A stretch of DNA of 64,000 bases from Vicugna vicugna (lineage: Eukaryota): contig MU058531.1 in assembly GCA_013265495.1 (NCBI GenBank), positions 2,108,911 through 2,172,910 of the forward strand, in the 5' to 3' direction. Under the pieces are notes generated by a model, which saw nothing but the letters and a program-made list of their open reading frames with translations, was not told the origin of the DNA and did no database searches. This document shows, piece by piece, positions 40,624 through 53,207 of the stretch (the stretch's first letter is position 1; every line of letters starts with the position of its first letter). A program made the position numbers and the translations under genes.

Positions 40624-43600
40624 CTGACCTTAGGACATCTTGACTCCAGGCTCAGCAGAGTCAGCCCAACGTGCTGCAGGGCCTCTGAGCCATCTCTGCT
40701 GAGGAAAGACTCTGATTCGCACGGTCTCCTCCAGACCTTCGAGACCGTGGGCAAGGGTGACTCGGCCACGGTGAAGCTGGCCGGCACATCCTGACTGGGA
40801 AAGCGATAGCCGTGGAAATCACTGAGGAGACTCAACAGACTCCTCCAGCCTCCAAAGGCCATGGCGCAAAGCGGGAATCACGAAGGCTTGAATCATCCCA
40901 ACACAGTGAATATTTGAAGTGAGGGCAGCTGAGGAAACTCTCCGCCTCGTTAGGAAGGGCACTAGTGGAGGAGAGGCGTTTGAGTACCTCGTGGCTCACG
41001 GCAACAGGAAAGCAAACAGGCTGAAGGCAGATTCCAGCAGACAGTGTGCGCTGTGCAGACGGCCACCAGGAGGGTATTGACCATGGGGATTTAAGGGCAG
41101 AAAAGCTGCTGGTGGATGCTAACACGAACATCAGACTTTGGCTTCAGCAACAAATTCACCTTTTACAACAAGTTGAATACCTTCTGGGGCAATCGCCCTC
41201 ACGCTGTCTCACAAATCTTCCAGGGAAGAACCACAGGAAGTCAACCTATATACTCTGGCGGATGGATTCCTGTCTTGTAATAGACAACTTCAAGGAGCTG
41301 CTGAGGGGTGCTTAGAATAGAATAAATCATATTCCCTTCTACATGTTTGTGGAATGAAAATCTGTTTAAGAAATCTGAATCTCAGTAAGAAATAAGAGCA
41401 AATCATGAAGGACTCGTAGATTATTGTGGGTCATGGATATGAAAAAGAAAGCTCTACACGGAGCCACTCTGACTACAGGGACCCTGGGCAGACTGAATTC
41501 ATGGTTTCCATGGTTACACATGGAGAGAGAGATCGGGACTCACTGATAGGCCAGACATAGGAGGTAACGTTCCAGCACCTGCTCCTGGGTTATGAGAGAT
41601 CCGAGGGGAGCTATGCAGTCGCCCTGAAGCCTCAGTCTTCAGCTGCTCTGACCAACAGCCCCGCTCCTTCCCTGCCCCCCACGCCCCTTACAGCGCAGGG
41701 TCCCTGCCAACTGCAAGCAGCACGCTTTCAGCAGCCTGCGGTTCCCACCTCTAACTGCTCCTCTAAGATCACTCAGAGGAGGAACGCAGATCCCGAGAAG
41801 GATCAGTGCAGCGGGTCATGGCACAGCCAACGTGCGAGCGGGGGAAGAAGACCACCCCTGTCCCCCGGCCAACAGCGAGCTCTCCGCCAGCACAAAGCAG
41901 AGCAGGAATCCCCCACGTCGTCGGGGAAGGACCAGCCTCGACCAGGCCTCCCAGCAGAGACGCAAGGACAGCCTGACCGCGAGGTCCAGGGCCGCCGTGG
42001 CTTCAGCTTCTGCCACGGGCTCCCCAGCCCGCCTGCACCAGGAATCCAAGTGCAGCCCAACCGGGCCTCGGGGCCTCAGGCGTGGAGAGCGAGGAGCCCA
42101 AGCCCGGCACAGCCCCACCCCGCGTGGCCCTGTGCCCTCCCGTCTACCTGCAGTGCCGGCGGCGGGGGTGGAGCCCGGGTCTGTCCGAAGGGGGCTCCGC
42201 CCACAGGGGGCGGCCAACAGGTGCCTGACCCGAGACTGCCCTGAGGTGAGACCGCAGCCTCTCCCCGCGACAATGGCCACGGCCGGCAGGCGGCCACTGG
42301 AGGCTCCTTCAGGAAGTTCAAGTTCAACTCTACAGGAGGAAATTTTTGTTGGAGGTTTGTCAGAGGAACCTAAATGAACCTGAAATCAAAGACAGAGGGG
42401 AGACACTGCGTCCTCACGTGGTGGGCAGCCGAGGCAGTGATTAAACAATGATGGGGAAATTCCAGCGGCCTCCACACTTGAGGTGGAAGACGGAGACCGC
42501 GAGCTCCGTGGAGCCTGAGGAGGTGATGCGGTGACAGGAGATGATGCCGAGACAGGAGATGATGCCGGGAAGTGCGGCGCTCACGCCAGCAGCTGCCGGT
42601 GAGGCTGAGACTGGTGGGCGGGGAGGGTGATGGATTGAAACTCGACCCCCGAACTTACAGGGTTTGCAGAATCATTGCCGCCCGGGCACCAGAGGACTGG
42701 CTGCTCGGAAATGGGGTGGGCTCGCCCACCTGAGCCAAAACCCGAACTCCCTGGAGCCCTGCTCCCGCCTTGGCCCTCTTCCTCTTCTCTTCCGCCTGGT
42801 GGCCAGGAGGGATGCTCTGTAAGATAAACACAGGCAGTGAGTGAGAACGCATAGTTGTTTACTCACAAACTACCAGCACGGCCTGCCTGACCTCGGCCTG
42901 GCCCCTAGGCGAGTGGGACTGGCGCTGCTTTGGGGCTGCAGAGATGAGGGGTGGGGGGATCTGGCCTCCCTCCAGCCCCAGAGCTGGCATTTGTAACGGG
43001 TGTTTGTACCCCTTTCCAGTCTGTGCATTCACCTCCCCCACCGCCCTCTGGGACTGGGATTGTGGAGGGGAAGGTAGGGACATTAGGCTCCTCTGGGGGC
43101 CCCTGGGCTGTTGGTCTCCCCGGTGACAGGGACTCTGAGCAATCTCTGTCCTGGGAGAGCCTTTCTCTGAATACACAACACACCACCCTCTTCCCAAATG
43201 CTTCCCTGGGTTGGCACTGATCTGGGTGACAGCTAGTTCCTCAGCAGTGACCTCATCCCACCTGACTCTGCCTGCTAACCTCACAGCTGGTGTAGGGATG
43301 AGCACTGGCTGGTTGCAGTCACGGCATCCTTCATTTACTTCTCTGCTGTTTCTGTTCTTGAGAAATTGAGGCTCAGACCAAGGACTTCACTCCCTATTCT
43401 TGCCCTGTGGAACAGCCCAGATGCTCTGAGGGGCCCAGGAAATCATGGTTTTGATCCCAAACAGGCCCCTCCCCTCCCAGCATTCCCTCCAGCAGGGCCC
43501 TCTCTGCCTCCCAGACCCAGTATGGCCTTTCCTCCTCTTCTCCTGATTTCTTCTCCCAGACCCCCTCTTCCAGCTACTATCAGAAGATTCCAGTAGCAGA
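40624..43600 (+). pseudogene. MARK2P: Processed MARK2 pseudogene (coding-derived ~40624-42600; presumed 3'UTR-derived sequence beyond, end uncertain)
   Basis: Ordered, intronless, frameshifted matches to recalled MARK2 sequence: LTLGHLDSR (PTLGHLDSK), TVGKGDSATVKLA (TIGKGNFAKVKLA), HGDLRAEKLLVDANTNIR (HRDLKAENLLLDADMNIK), NSELSASTKQSRN...SLDQAS...KDSLT, and [22 protein letters not shown] at 42364 ([22 protein letters not shown]). Many stops. Confidence 0.93.
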
Positions 43601-43669
43601 GGCCAAGGGGAGTACTATAAGATGTAAGTAAGTATAGAACTGAAGGAGAGATGACACAGAGAAAGAGAG

Positions 43670-44200
43670 GGCCATCAGTTCATGGAAGCAACAGAAACCA
43701 ACTCAGGGTGATTTCGACAAGAAAGGAATTTATAATGTTGGGTACATCATGAAATTGCCAATATGGATGGAGTGCCAGGTTCTATGAAACACAGGATCAA
43801 TGCCCGCTACCAAATGGCACATCTCATCAAGTATGGACATCCCTACCACCACTGGCAAGCACAAGACTCTAGTCTTGTACCACCAACCCCTCTAGCACTG
43901 CATCTGGCATACCACTCCTGGCCCTGCTGCCACAGGAACTCAGGCCAAGTGGAGGCTCTCAGTCCTTATCTCTCTGAGTCACTGGTTCCTGCTTCTGAGT
44001 CGCTAAGTCACTAGACCATGCCCCAGCTGGGACCATGCCCTAGATGCAAGGGAGTCTAGGAAAGCATGAGTTTGGCATTTTCATCTCCCACTGGGTAAGG
44101 CAACCTCTGCATCCCACTATGGCTAACAAGGTTGGAGAAAGACCAAATATCCAACGGATTGCAGATGCTCAGCAGACTAAAACAATACAGAAGTGTCCAT
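43670..44200. mobile_element. MLT1-type LTR
   Basis: gcaacagaaaccaactcagg...aagaaaggaattta...tgcaagggagtctaggaaagc. Confidence 0.6.
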
Positions 44201-45265
44201 AAGGGAAAGTATATCAGGTGGGGACCAGTGAATGAACTATGATTATAAAATTACCAGACTGATTTCATTCTGTGGCTCTAATCCACACTACCAGAAGGAA
44301 AATCCAGGAGAAAAACTACTCTCCTGAGGGAACCACCTTAAATGGAAACACTTGTTTGGATATTTGTTTAAATATCATTGTCAACAGCATGATAAAATTT
44401 TCATAAAACAATGTTTGATGAATAGATATAACACTCAAATCTGGACAATACCATTTGACACCCACTTTGATCCAGCTGTAACTCAAGCTGAATGCACCCT
44501 TAGAATGGCCGGGTATTTAAACAAATTACCGTTTCAACCAGTTAGTTTGAGGTGAGTTTCTGTTACTTGTACCCAAGAGAATCTGGAATAAACAAATATT
44601 TGAATAAACTTGGCACTAACATGTGTTGATTCTATTTGGACTACAGCCATAAATGGACTTACGTGGGACTACTTTTAATTCATACAAGAAGGAAATGGAA
44701 AAAATAGAAATGATTATAGATTTATTTTTGCAAGCTCTAAGATCTTTGATAAATTTTATTTTCTTTACAATTTTCTTAGTTTTTAAAGTTTAGTTTTTCT
44801 TAATATGTGTAAGTGGGACAAAACCATGTTTAATTAAAAAGAAGGACGAGATCCTACTGTATTTTGAAAATTTTTTACATTGTAGGCAAGGCAGGTTCTA
44901 CTTGTTCCTGAAAAGGAACAAACTGACATAGATTTAAGGCCAATGTGTGAAAAAATAGATTTAAAAACTTAAACTATTTGTAAAATATGAGGGGAAAGGA
45001 GCAAAGAAGATTACATTTGTGATTAAACATAGTAATAGTATAAAATTAGGGTCAACTAAACATTTGAGTCTAGTGCTGATGGCCTCTTCTCTATACACAA
45101 ACACATACGTGTGCCCACTAAACGTATTCTGCTCTGAGAGTTCTAGAGCACTAGATTAAATTTAAGTAGTACATACAATGTGTCTAAGAATTTTATGAGA
45201 TACTTCCCAATGACCACCAAAAAATGAACAAAAAATTTACTTCTACTCCCTCCTATAACTCCACT

Positions 45266-45850
45266 TGTTAGAGCAGGTAGGTAGCTTGATATGAGCAGAG
45301 AAAGCGGGGGCACCAGCCAAATGGCAGGAAACCATACATCTTGTAAACAATATGGGTCCTTGGGCAAACAAAAGCAGGAACCTCCAGAATGACAAGAAAC
45401 CACACATTTTGGGGTGATGAGGATCCTAGAGGCAGACAAAGAAAGGTGAGAAAAGGTAATCTCCAGTGTCTGAATGTAACCTTTTGCTCATTATGCCCTC
45501 ATTACAATAAAATTAGCCTTATAGGTAAGTACGTTCATGCACTGACGCCATGACACTTCCCATCCAGACTAAATAAGGACAAAAATCCCTCCTCCCCTCA
45601 GGAAGGTGGAGCTGGAATGAAAATCAGGGAATTCGACCCCAAACCCCTCCCTCCCCAATGAATATTCCATCCATTCATTTTTTTACACCCCACATAACCA
45701 GCTTGCCAAAGAAACCCAGCTACTCACCTGGAGTCTGCCTGCTCTCCCCTCGAGAAGGTACTATCGCTTAATAAATCCTGTCTTTGCTTTCTTGACCTCT
45801 GTGTCGTCTACAAATTCTGTGATGAGGCAAGAACCTACTCTCTGATAACA
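45266..45850 (+). mobile_element. Complete solo LTR (ERV1-like)
   Basis: TGTTA...TAACA inverted termini, 4-bp TSD cact (45262-45265 and 45851-45854), AATAAA near 45770. Confidence 0.88.
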
Positions 45851-46429
45851 CACTGAAATGAAAGTAAAGGGATTAGATTAAAAGGTGAAACCACAAGGAT
45901 AAATAGAAGTAGCAAGGAGACAACAGCAATAAAATTTGGAAGCAAGAATGCATGTGTGTGAGTAGTAACTTTTTTGCAAATGTGAGAAAGCCAGATCCTA
46001 AGCCAGCAGTGGCACAGTGTACCTGTGCAGCAAAAGCTCTGAACCGGAGGCTTCAGGGACCTGTACTGGATCCGGTGGGTGAAAAATCAGGGGAGTCACT
46101 GCAAGTCTGAACACAGAGTGGCTGGAAGCCCACACCCCCTCCCCACTGGCCCAAGACTTTTACTCCCTGGAGATGTTAATTCAACAAAGCCCTGGACTCT
46201 GGGGCCCCAACCTCCCCTGTAGGCAGTAAGGCTGTGCTGAAAACACAGGAACAAGGGAGAGTCTACACACCAAACAGACCCTCTGGCCTCTTGTCCACTG
46301 GGCTTCCTGAATATTGGGGGTGAATTTAGGCTGCAGCTTTCAGGCTACCGTTACTTTCTTCTTTCTGTTTGTATGTTCTGAGAACTTTAAAATGACATAT
46401 ATTATTTATGTATATAAACAAAATTCAGG

Positions 46430-47450
46430 AGGTAAATTACTTCCAACTTAGATATACCAGATGCCAAAGAATGTGCCACTTTGCTCACACAAAGAAATGA
46501 CATCTTGAACAGCAGCTAAATCACAGTGACCATCTGATTAAGTTGGTAATCCACTGTTATTCACCAAGATCCATCTGCCCTTTGCATAGACATAACTGAA
46601 CAATCTTTAAAAGAGAAAGAAACTGGGGTTAAGACAGCACAACTGACAAATGTCTGACCAGAATTCAAACCCACTTTCCGGCTCTAAAGCCTAAGCAGAC
46701 GTCCTTCCACCATGAGATCTCAGAGGCTCTGTAATCACATTCAGTTGCCCGTCTATTACTAGGAATTAGTCTCATTTTTGGTAAAAAAATTTTGAGAATC
46801 ACCATCTCCCAAATATTAAATAAATTGCAAGGCAGGTACCAAAGTAAGATCCAATCCTTCTTCCGCAATAACTGAATTATCTCTGATGGAATTCAAACTG
46901 TGACTGGCTTTATAGGTGGCAGCTTGGTAACGGATCCACATCCTCAACGGCCGCCAGTATCCTGAACGGCCGCGACGGGCGCGAGGCGCGGGCTGCACGC
47001 CGAGGGCCCGGGTGTCCGCCGCACGCCGGCCTCGCGCCGATGGCCCCGCGGCCGCGCTTGGAGCCCCAGCTCCCCGGGCACGGACCACAGGGCCTGGCGG
47101 AGCTGCGGGAGGCGTTGAAGCACCAGCAGAGACTTCGACAATGACAAATTCACTTGCAAGTCGTCCATCGAGGGTGAAAAGAGCTTTGACTCTGGCCAAC
47201 TCGCAGAACGTGAGGAGCTTGGGGAGAGGAAACGACCGGTTTCATCCCGTCAGACTGGACTGTGAGCAGAGATGAAAAGCCACTGCGGGAGTGGATGTGG
47301 ACACAGATAAGGCCCAGAATTCTGACACTGATTTGAGACATTTCCTGACTAGTTCCTGGCTGTTCCTCTGCAGATAACAGCAGGTCATCTAAAGCAACGT
47401 CAGGCTAACAGGGACTGCCTGCCCCTTCGAAAACAGTGGAGAAACTTCCG
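46430..47450 (-). mobile_element. ERV-L internal remnant (RT start, with probable gag/pro upstream)
   Basis: Minus strand ~46587-46455 reads MQRADGSW*ITVDYQLNQMVT, then after a frameshift AAVQDVISLCEQSGTFFGIWY; this matches the ERV-L RT motif QKTDGSWRMTVDY.KLNQVVT..AAAVPDVVSLLEQI...GTWY. Upstream extent is inferred. Confidence 0.72.
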
Positions 47451-47499
47451 AGGCCGAGTCTGCAGCGGGAGAGCCCTGGCCTTCCAGCTGCAGAGTCAG

Positions 47500-48444
47500 G
47501 ACAAAGAAAACTATCAGGGATTAAGAGGGGCGTAATGATAAAGGGGTCAATTCCCCTGGAAGACATATCAATCTTTAATATGGATGAACCTAACAACAGA
47601 GGGTCAAAATTTGTGAGGCAATGATGGATAGAACTGCAAGGAGAAATAAATCCATCCACAGTGTTAGCTGGTGACTCCAACACCCCTCCATCACAAATGG
47701 ACACATCCAGCAGGCGGAAAATCAGTAAGGATGTGGTTGACTTGAACAGCATCATCCATCATCTGGGTCTGTTGACATCAATAGACTACTTCATACAACC
47801 AGTGCAGGGTATACAATTTTCTCAAGCTCATGTGAAACATTCATCAACACAGACCACACTCTGGGGCACAAAACACGCTTTAACAAATTTAAAAGAACAG
47901 AAATCATAAAGACTATACTCTCAGGTTCCAATGGAATTAAACTAGAAATTAATACAGAAAGGTAGCTGGAAAACCCCCAAATAGTAGAAGATTAAAGAAC
48001 ATATTTCTAAATAACACCCAGGTCAAAGAAAAAGTCTCAAGAGAAATTTTTTAACTAAATGAAAATATAACAAAAATTTGTAGGATCCGGCAAAAGTGAT
48101 GCTAAAGGAGAATGTATAGCATTGAATGCACGTGTTAGAAAAGAAAACTCTAAAATCTGTAAGTTTCCACCTTAATAAACTAGAAAAGAAGAGCAAAGTA
48201 AATAGAAAAAAACAAAAACAAGAGCAGAAATCAATGAAATTGAATATAGGAAATCAAGAGAGAACGTCAAGGAGACCAAAAACTGGTTCGTTGAAAGACA
48301 AGTAAAATCAATAAGCCTCTAGCCAGGCTGATCAAGAGAAGACAAAAACAGTATCAGAAATGAAAAAGAGGTTATCACTACTGATTCCACTGCCATTAAA
48401 ACAATAATAGAGGTATATTATACACAACTTCTTGCCCACAAATT
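47500..48444 (+). mobile_element. L1 ORF2 endonuclease-region fragment
   Basis: IKGSIPLEDISIFN..PNNRGSKFVRQ; GDSNTPPSQMDTSSRRKISKD. Confidence 0.88.
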
Positions 48445-49425
48445 CTGTTGATCGTTTTAAAGAACCAAATTTAGCTTTTGTTGATTTTCTCTATTTTTTT
48501 CTATCACTTATTTTACTTGTCTCCTGATATTTATTATTTCCTTTCTTCCATTACTTTTGAGTTTAGCTTTCTTTTTCTAGTTATTTAAGGTAAACAATTA
48601 GATGATTGATTTAAAGTCTTTCTTCATCACTAATATATACATTTATAGCTATAAATGTCCCTCCTAGCATTGGTTTTGCTGTATCTCATACTTTTTGATA
48701 TATTGTATTTTTGTTTTCATTTTTCTTATGATACTTCATCATTTCCCTAATTCTTCCTTGATCCATTGGTTGTTTAAGTGTATGTTGTTTGATTTCCACA
48801 TATTTGTGAGGTTTTCCATTTTTTCCCTTTTGTTATTGATTTCTAGTTTCATTCCATTGAAATCAGGAAGGGTACTTTGTATGATACCAGTCTTTCAAAA
48901 TTTATTAAGATTTGGTTGTGGACTAACATGTAGTCTATCCTGGAGAATGTTCCATTTGTGCTTAAGAATAATGTGCATTCTGCTATTGTTGGGTTAAATG
49001 TTCTGTATGTGTGTCTTAGGTCTGATTTATAGTGTTGTTAAAGTCTTCTGTTTCCTTACTGAGCTTCTGTTTGGTTGTTTTATCCATTATTAAAAGTGGG
49101 GTATTGAAATATCCTATTATTATTGTAGAATTGTCCATTTTTCCCTTCAGTTCTGTCCATTTTGACTTCATATATCTTGGGGCTATACTACTAGATGGGT
49201 ATTTTTTATAATTCTTACATATTCTTGATGAATTGAAATTTTTTTCAATATATAATATCCTTTTTTGTCTCATAACCTTTTGACATAATCTGTTTTGTCT
49301 GGTAATAATATAAGTACCCCAGCTCTTTTCGGTTACTATTTTCATGGAATATCTTTTCCATCCTTTTAATCGCTTTGTGTCTTTGAATCCAAAATAAGTC
49401 TCCTTTAGACACCATGTGGTTGTAT
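48445..49425 (-). mobile_element. L1 ORF2 endonuclease-region fragment, opposite orientation
   Basis: Minus ORF CLKETYFGFKDTKRLKGWK...STIIIGYFNTPLLIMDKTTKQK. Confidence 0.88.
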
Positions 49426-49429
49426 TATA

Positions 49430-51300
49430 CATACATAAAATTAGTACAAGATCTCCATAAAAAAACTACAAAACTCTGATGAAAGAAGTCAAGAAGATCT
49501 AAATACATGGAGAGATAGCCCATATTCATGGTCAGGAAGACTAATTTTGTTAAGTTATTAGTTCTTCCCAACTTGATCTATAGATTGAACACAACTGCAA
49601 TCAAAATCCTACCGAGTTCCTTTCCAATACCAATAAACTGATTCTAAAGTTTATATCAAAAGACAAAAGACCCAGAATAGCCAAAATAATACCGAAAGAA
49701 CAGAGTTGGAAGACTGACACTACTGACTTCAAGACTTACTGTAAAGCTATAGTAATGAAGATGGTGTGTATTAAAGAATAGACAGGTAGATCAACGCAAC
49801 AGAATAGAAAGCCCAGAAATAGACCCCATGCAACAATAGTCAGCCAATTCTTGACAAAAGGGCAAAGGCAGTCAATGGAGAAAGGATAGTCTTTGCAACA
49901 AATGGTGCTGGAACAACTGGACATCCACATTTAAAAAAAAAAAAGGAGCCTAGACACATGCCTCACACTTCTAAAAAAAATTAACTGAAAATGAATCATA
50001 GCCCTAACTATGAAATATAGAACTGTAAAATTTCTAGATGACAGGATAGGAGAAAATTGAGGTGACTCTGGGCGTGGCAACAGTTTTTAGGTACAACGCC
50101 AAAAGCGTAACGCATGAAAGAAAAAATGGATGAGCTGGACTTCATTAAAATGAAAAACTTCTTCTCTGTGAAAGACAACTTTAAGAGAATGAAATGAAAA
50201 GCCACAGACTGGGAGAAAATATACCCAGAACACATATCTAGTAAAGGACTTGTATCCGAAAGATTCAAAGAACACTTAAAACTCAATAATAAGAAAACAA
50301 ACAACCTCATTAAAAAGTGGACTAAACATTTGAACAGATTCTTTACCAAAGATGGTAAACAGCAGATGAAAAGATGCTACTCCAATGTCAAATATCACTA
50401 GGGAATTGCAAATTGAAACAAGGAGATACCACCGTACATCTCCTGGGAGGACTGAAGCCCCAAACACTGACGAGCTGCATGCTGGCCTGGGCGCTGAGCC
50501 ACAGGGACTTCCACTCACTGCTCGTGGGGACGCCAAACAGTACAGCCACTTTGGAAGACAGCGCGACAGCTTCTCACCAAGGTAAACGTAGCTTTACTGT
50601 ACAACCCAGCATTCGTGCTCCTTGGCATTTACCCAGATGAGGCGAAAACTATGTCCACTCAAAAACCTGCACCCAGATGTTTATAGCAGTCTTATAATTC
50701 CCCCAATTTAGAAGCCACCAAAATGTCTTCAATAGGTGAATGGATTAACAAACTGGTACAACCAGACGATGGAATATTATTCAGCAATAAAAAGACGTGA
50801 GCTAAAAAAAAAGAACTTGGAAGAAACTTAAATGCATATTGTGAAGTGAAAGGAGCCCTTCTGAAAAGGCTACATACTGCGTTATTCCAACTCTGACATT
50901 CTGGGAAAGGCAAAACTAGAGAGACTGTAAAATGCTTGCCAGAGGTTCTAGGGGAGGGATAGATGAATAGGTGGAACACAGAGGATTTTTAAGGCAGTGA
51001 AACCATTCTGTCTGTACCGTAATGCTGGACACGTGACATTATGTGTTTGTCAAACCCTTTGTACACAGAATGTACAACACAAAGAGTGAACCCTAATGTA
51101 AATTACAGACTTTAGTTAATAATAATATATCAGTATTGATTTAATTGTAACAAATGTACCACACTAATGTAAAAAGTTAATAATGAAGGAAATTGTATTG
51201 AGGGGGAAAATGGGGGGAAATGGGGTATTTTGGAATCTGTACTTTCTGCTGAATATTTCTATAAACCTAAAACTTCTCCCCCCAAAATAAAACATGATCT
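49430..51300 (+). mobile_element. L1 (L1MC-like) ORF2 3' half and 3'UTR
   Basis: gacttcaagacttactgtaaagctatagtaat; acaaatggtgctggaacaactgga; agagtgaaccctaatgtaaa. Confidence 0.9.
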
Positions 51301-53075
51301 TTTAAAAAAGTAAGTTGATTTTTAATATAAAATGGGAAACTGCTAGAAAGACTTTAGTCAGGAAAGTAACATGGTCAGATTAGGCTTTGGGTAAGGCTGT
51401 CTGGTGGCCGTGTGGAGGGTGAGGGGCAGAGAGGACAAAGGGGGAAATGTACAAAGCCCGGCATCAGGGAGTAATGCCCGGTGCACAAAGAAGATGGAGA
51501 CAGTATCAACTAGGATGATAAGAAGGGAAAGAGGAGATGGGCTTGAGAAATATTTAGGAGGTCAAGTAGGCAAGATGTGGTAGTTGGTTGTATGTGAATG
51601 TTAAGAAGGAAAAGAGAGGATGACGCCCGGGTGAACAGGTGGGTGATATTCTGCCTAAATAGACAGAAGTTCCCCTCTGGACTCTCAGATACCCCTGTGT
51701 CCACTCCTGTCATCACAGACTGAAGTGTGTAAGCATTTGTGGTTTATTTGTTTCGTGGCAGTCTGCCCCTCTAGCCTGAGAACGCGGTGGGGCAGAGCCA
51801 CGTCTGGTTTGCTCCTCCTGGTATCACCAGTGCTAGCAAAGCGAGGGCACACAGCACTGAATAAAAGCTGTCCAAAAATTATCCAGAATGAGAACAGGAA
51901 TACACAAGAAAAGAAGACACTTTAATGAGCTCCTTTTTGGACGTTGTGAGTTTGAAATGACTGTGCAAAAGTCCAGCTGTAGATAACCAGGGGGCAGCTG
52001 GAAAGGAGTCTGAAACTTGGGGAGATTAAGTTTAGAGATAAAGACTTGAGAGTTACCAGCATGTAAAACAAGCTGAAAGTGAGAAGAGTATCAGACGCAG
52101 ACCCTAATGAAATTCAACATTTAAAGAGATTTACTTCCTCCTACTCCTTAGACAATTACCTTTGCCTTCTGGAAGTACACGGTCACTGTCCCCTGGGCAG
52201 CTCCCAGAGGGAGCGTATGACACAGCTCCAGAGGACACAGTGCTATGTTGTGTTTCAGGGAGGGCCCACCCACACCTTTATGACCTTTCCAAGGAGACAT
52301 CATATGCCTACCCTATCTTCCCCTCCTTTTTGCCAACTCAGTTCCCCCAAGTTCTTTAAACAACCCCAGATTTCCAGGACAATCCACTTCTATTAAATCT
52401 TCCCACACTGAACCTTAGAATAGCAATTCTCCTGAATATACTGGCCATCAAATAGCAAACTCTCCTTAATCAAAATATAAAAACCTTATTCTTTTCCAGC
52501 TCATTTTCCAATTGGATACCTTTGTTTGTTGTCTGTCCACTCTCAAGACAAAATCAGCCCTGGGCTGATACAAATACCTGTCTTCTATTACTATTTGGTT
52601 TATTATTTCTATTCTGTTGACTATGTGTTTGGTCACAGCAGGGGCTGTATACTTTAATTTGGTGCCGACCCTGAAGAAATCACAGGCTCTGTCAGGTAAG
52701 GTGATGGGACTTCCTGACTTTTCTAGTCCTGTTCTGTAGAAAATATTCACCCTACAAGTGATATGTCAGACTATGGATTTTGGCTCAGATAACATTCAAG
52801 GAAGGATTTAGACTCCTTCTGCCTGTCCTCTCTGCCGTCCTTACTTCAGCTGGCTTTTGTCCTCACACTTATCATCTCGTGGACAGTGATGGTTGCTCTC
52901 ATTCCAAGTTTTGTGTCTCCAACAAGATGGGGCAGGAGGAGAGGGGAACAAGGGAGAAATCTCCGGTACTAAGTCTTATTTCATTCCAGAAGGGAAGCCC
53001 TCCTTAGTGGTTTTTACCTACATTTCATTGACCATCTGTAGCTAAAAGGGGACAGAGATCAAGACTGTAGTGTTT

Positions 53076-53207
53076 GGGGGAGGGTATAGCTCAATAGTAG
53101 AGCCCATGTTTAGCATGCACAATGTCCTAGGTTCAGTCCTCAGTACCTCCATTTAAATAAACAAACAAATAAATCTAATTACCTCCCCCCTTCAAAAAAA
53201 AAAAAAG
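53076..53207 (+). mobile_element. Full-length tRNA-derived SINE (Vic-1-like) with TSD
   Basis: ggggagggtatagctcaatagtagagc...cagtacctcc...ctaattacctcccccc, A-tail; TSD aagactgtag / aagattgtag. Confidence 0.9.

Noticed and set aside
41046..41315. Functional kinase gene
   Set aside because: The catalytic HRDLK is changed to HGDLR, and the surrounding frames have multiple frameshifts and stops.
46430..47450. Non-retroviral endogenous viral element or novel GC-rich gene (127-aa minus ORF)
   Set aside because: The adjacent translation matches ERV-L RT motifs; the ORF length is explained by stop-poor, GC-rich composition.
53076..53150. tRNA gene (also the tRNA-like heads near 20400, 27480, 33320, 35281 and 56030)
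   Set aside because: All share the same AT-rich SINE tail, several have TSDs, and they are diverged; these are SINEs, not tRNAs.
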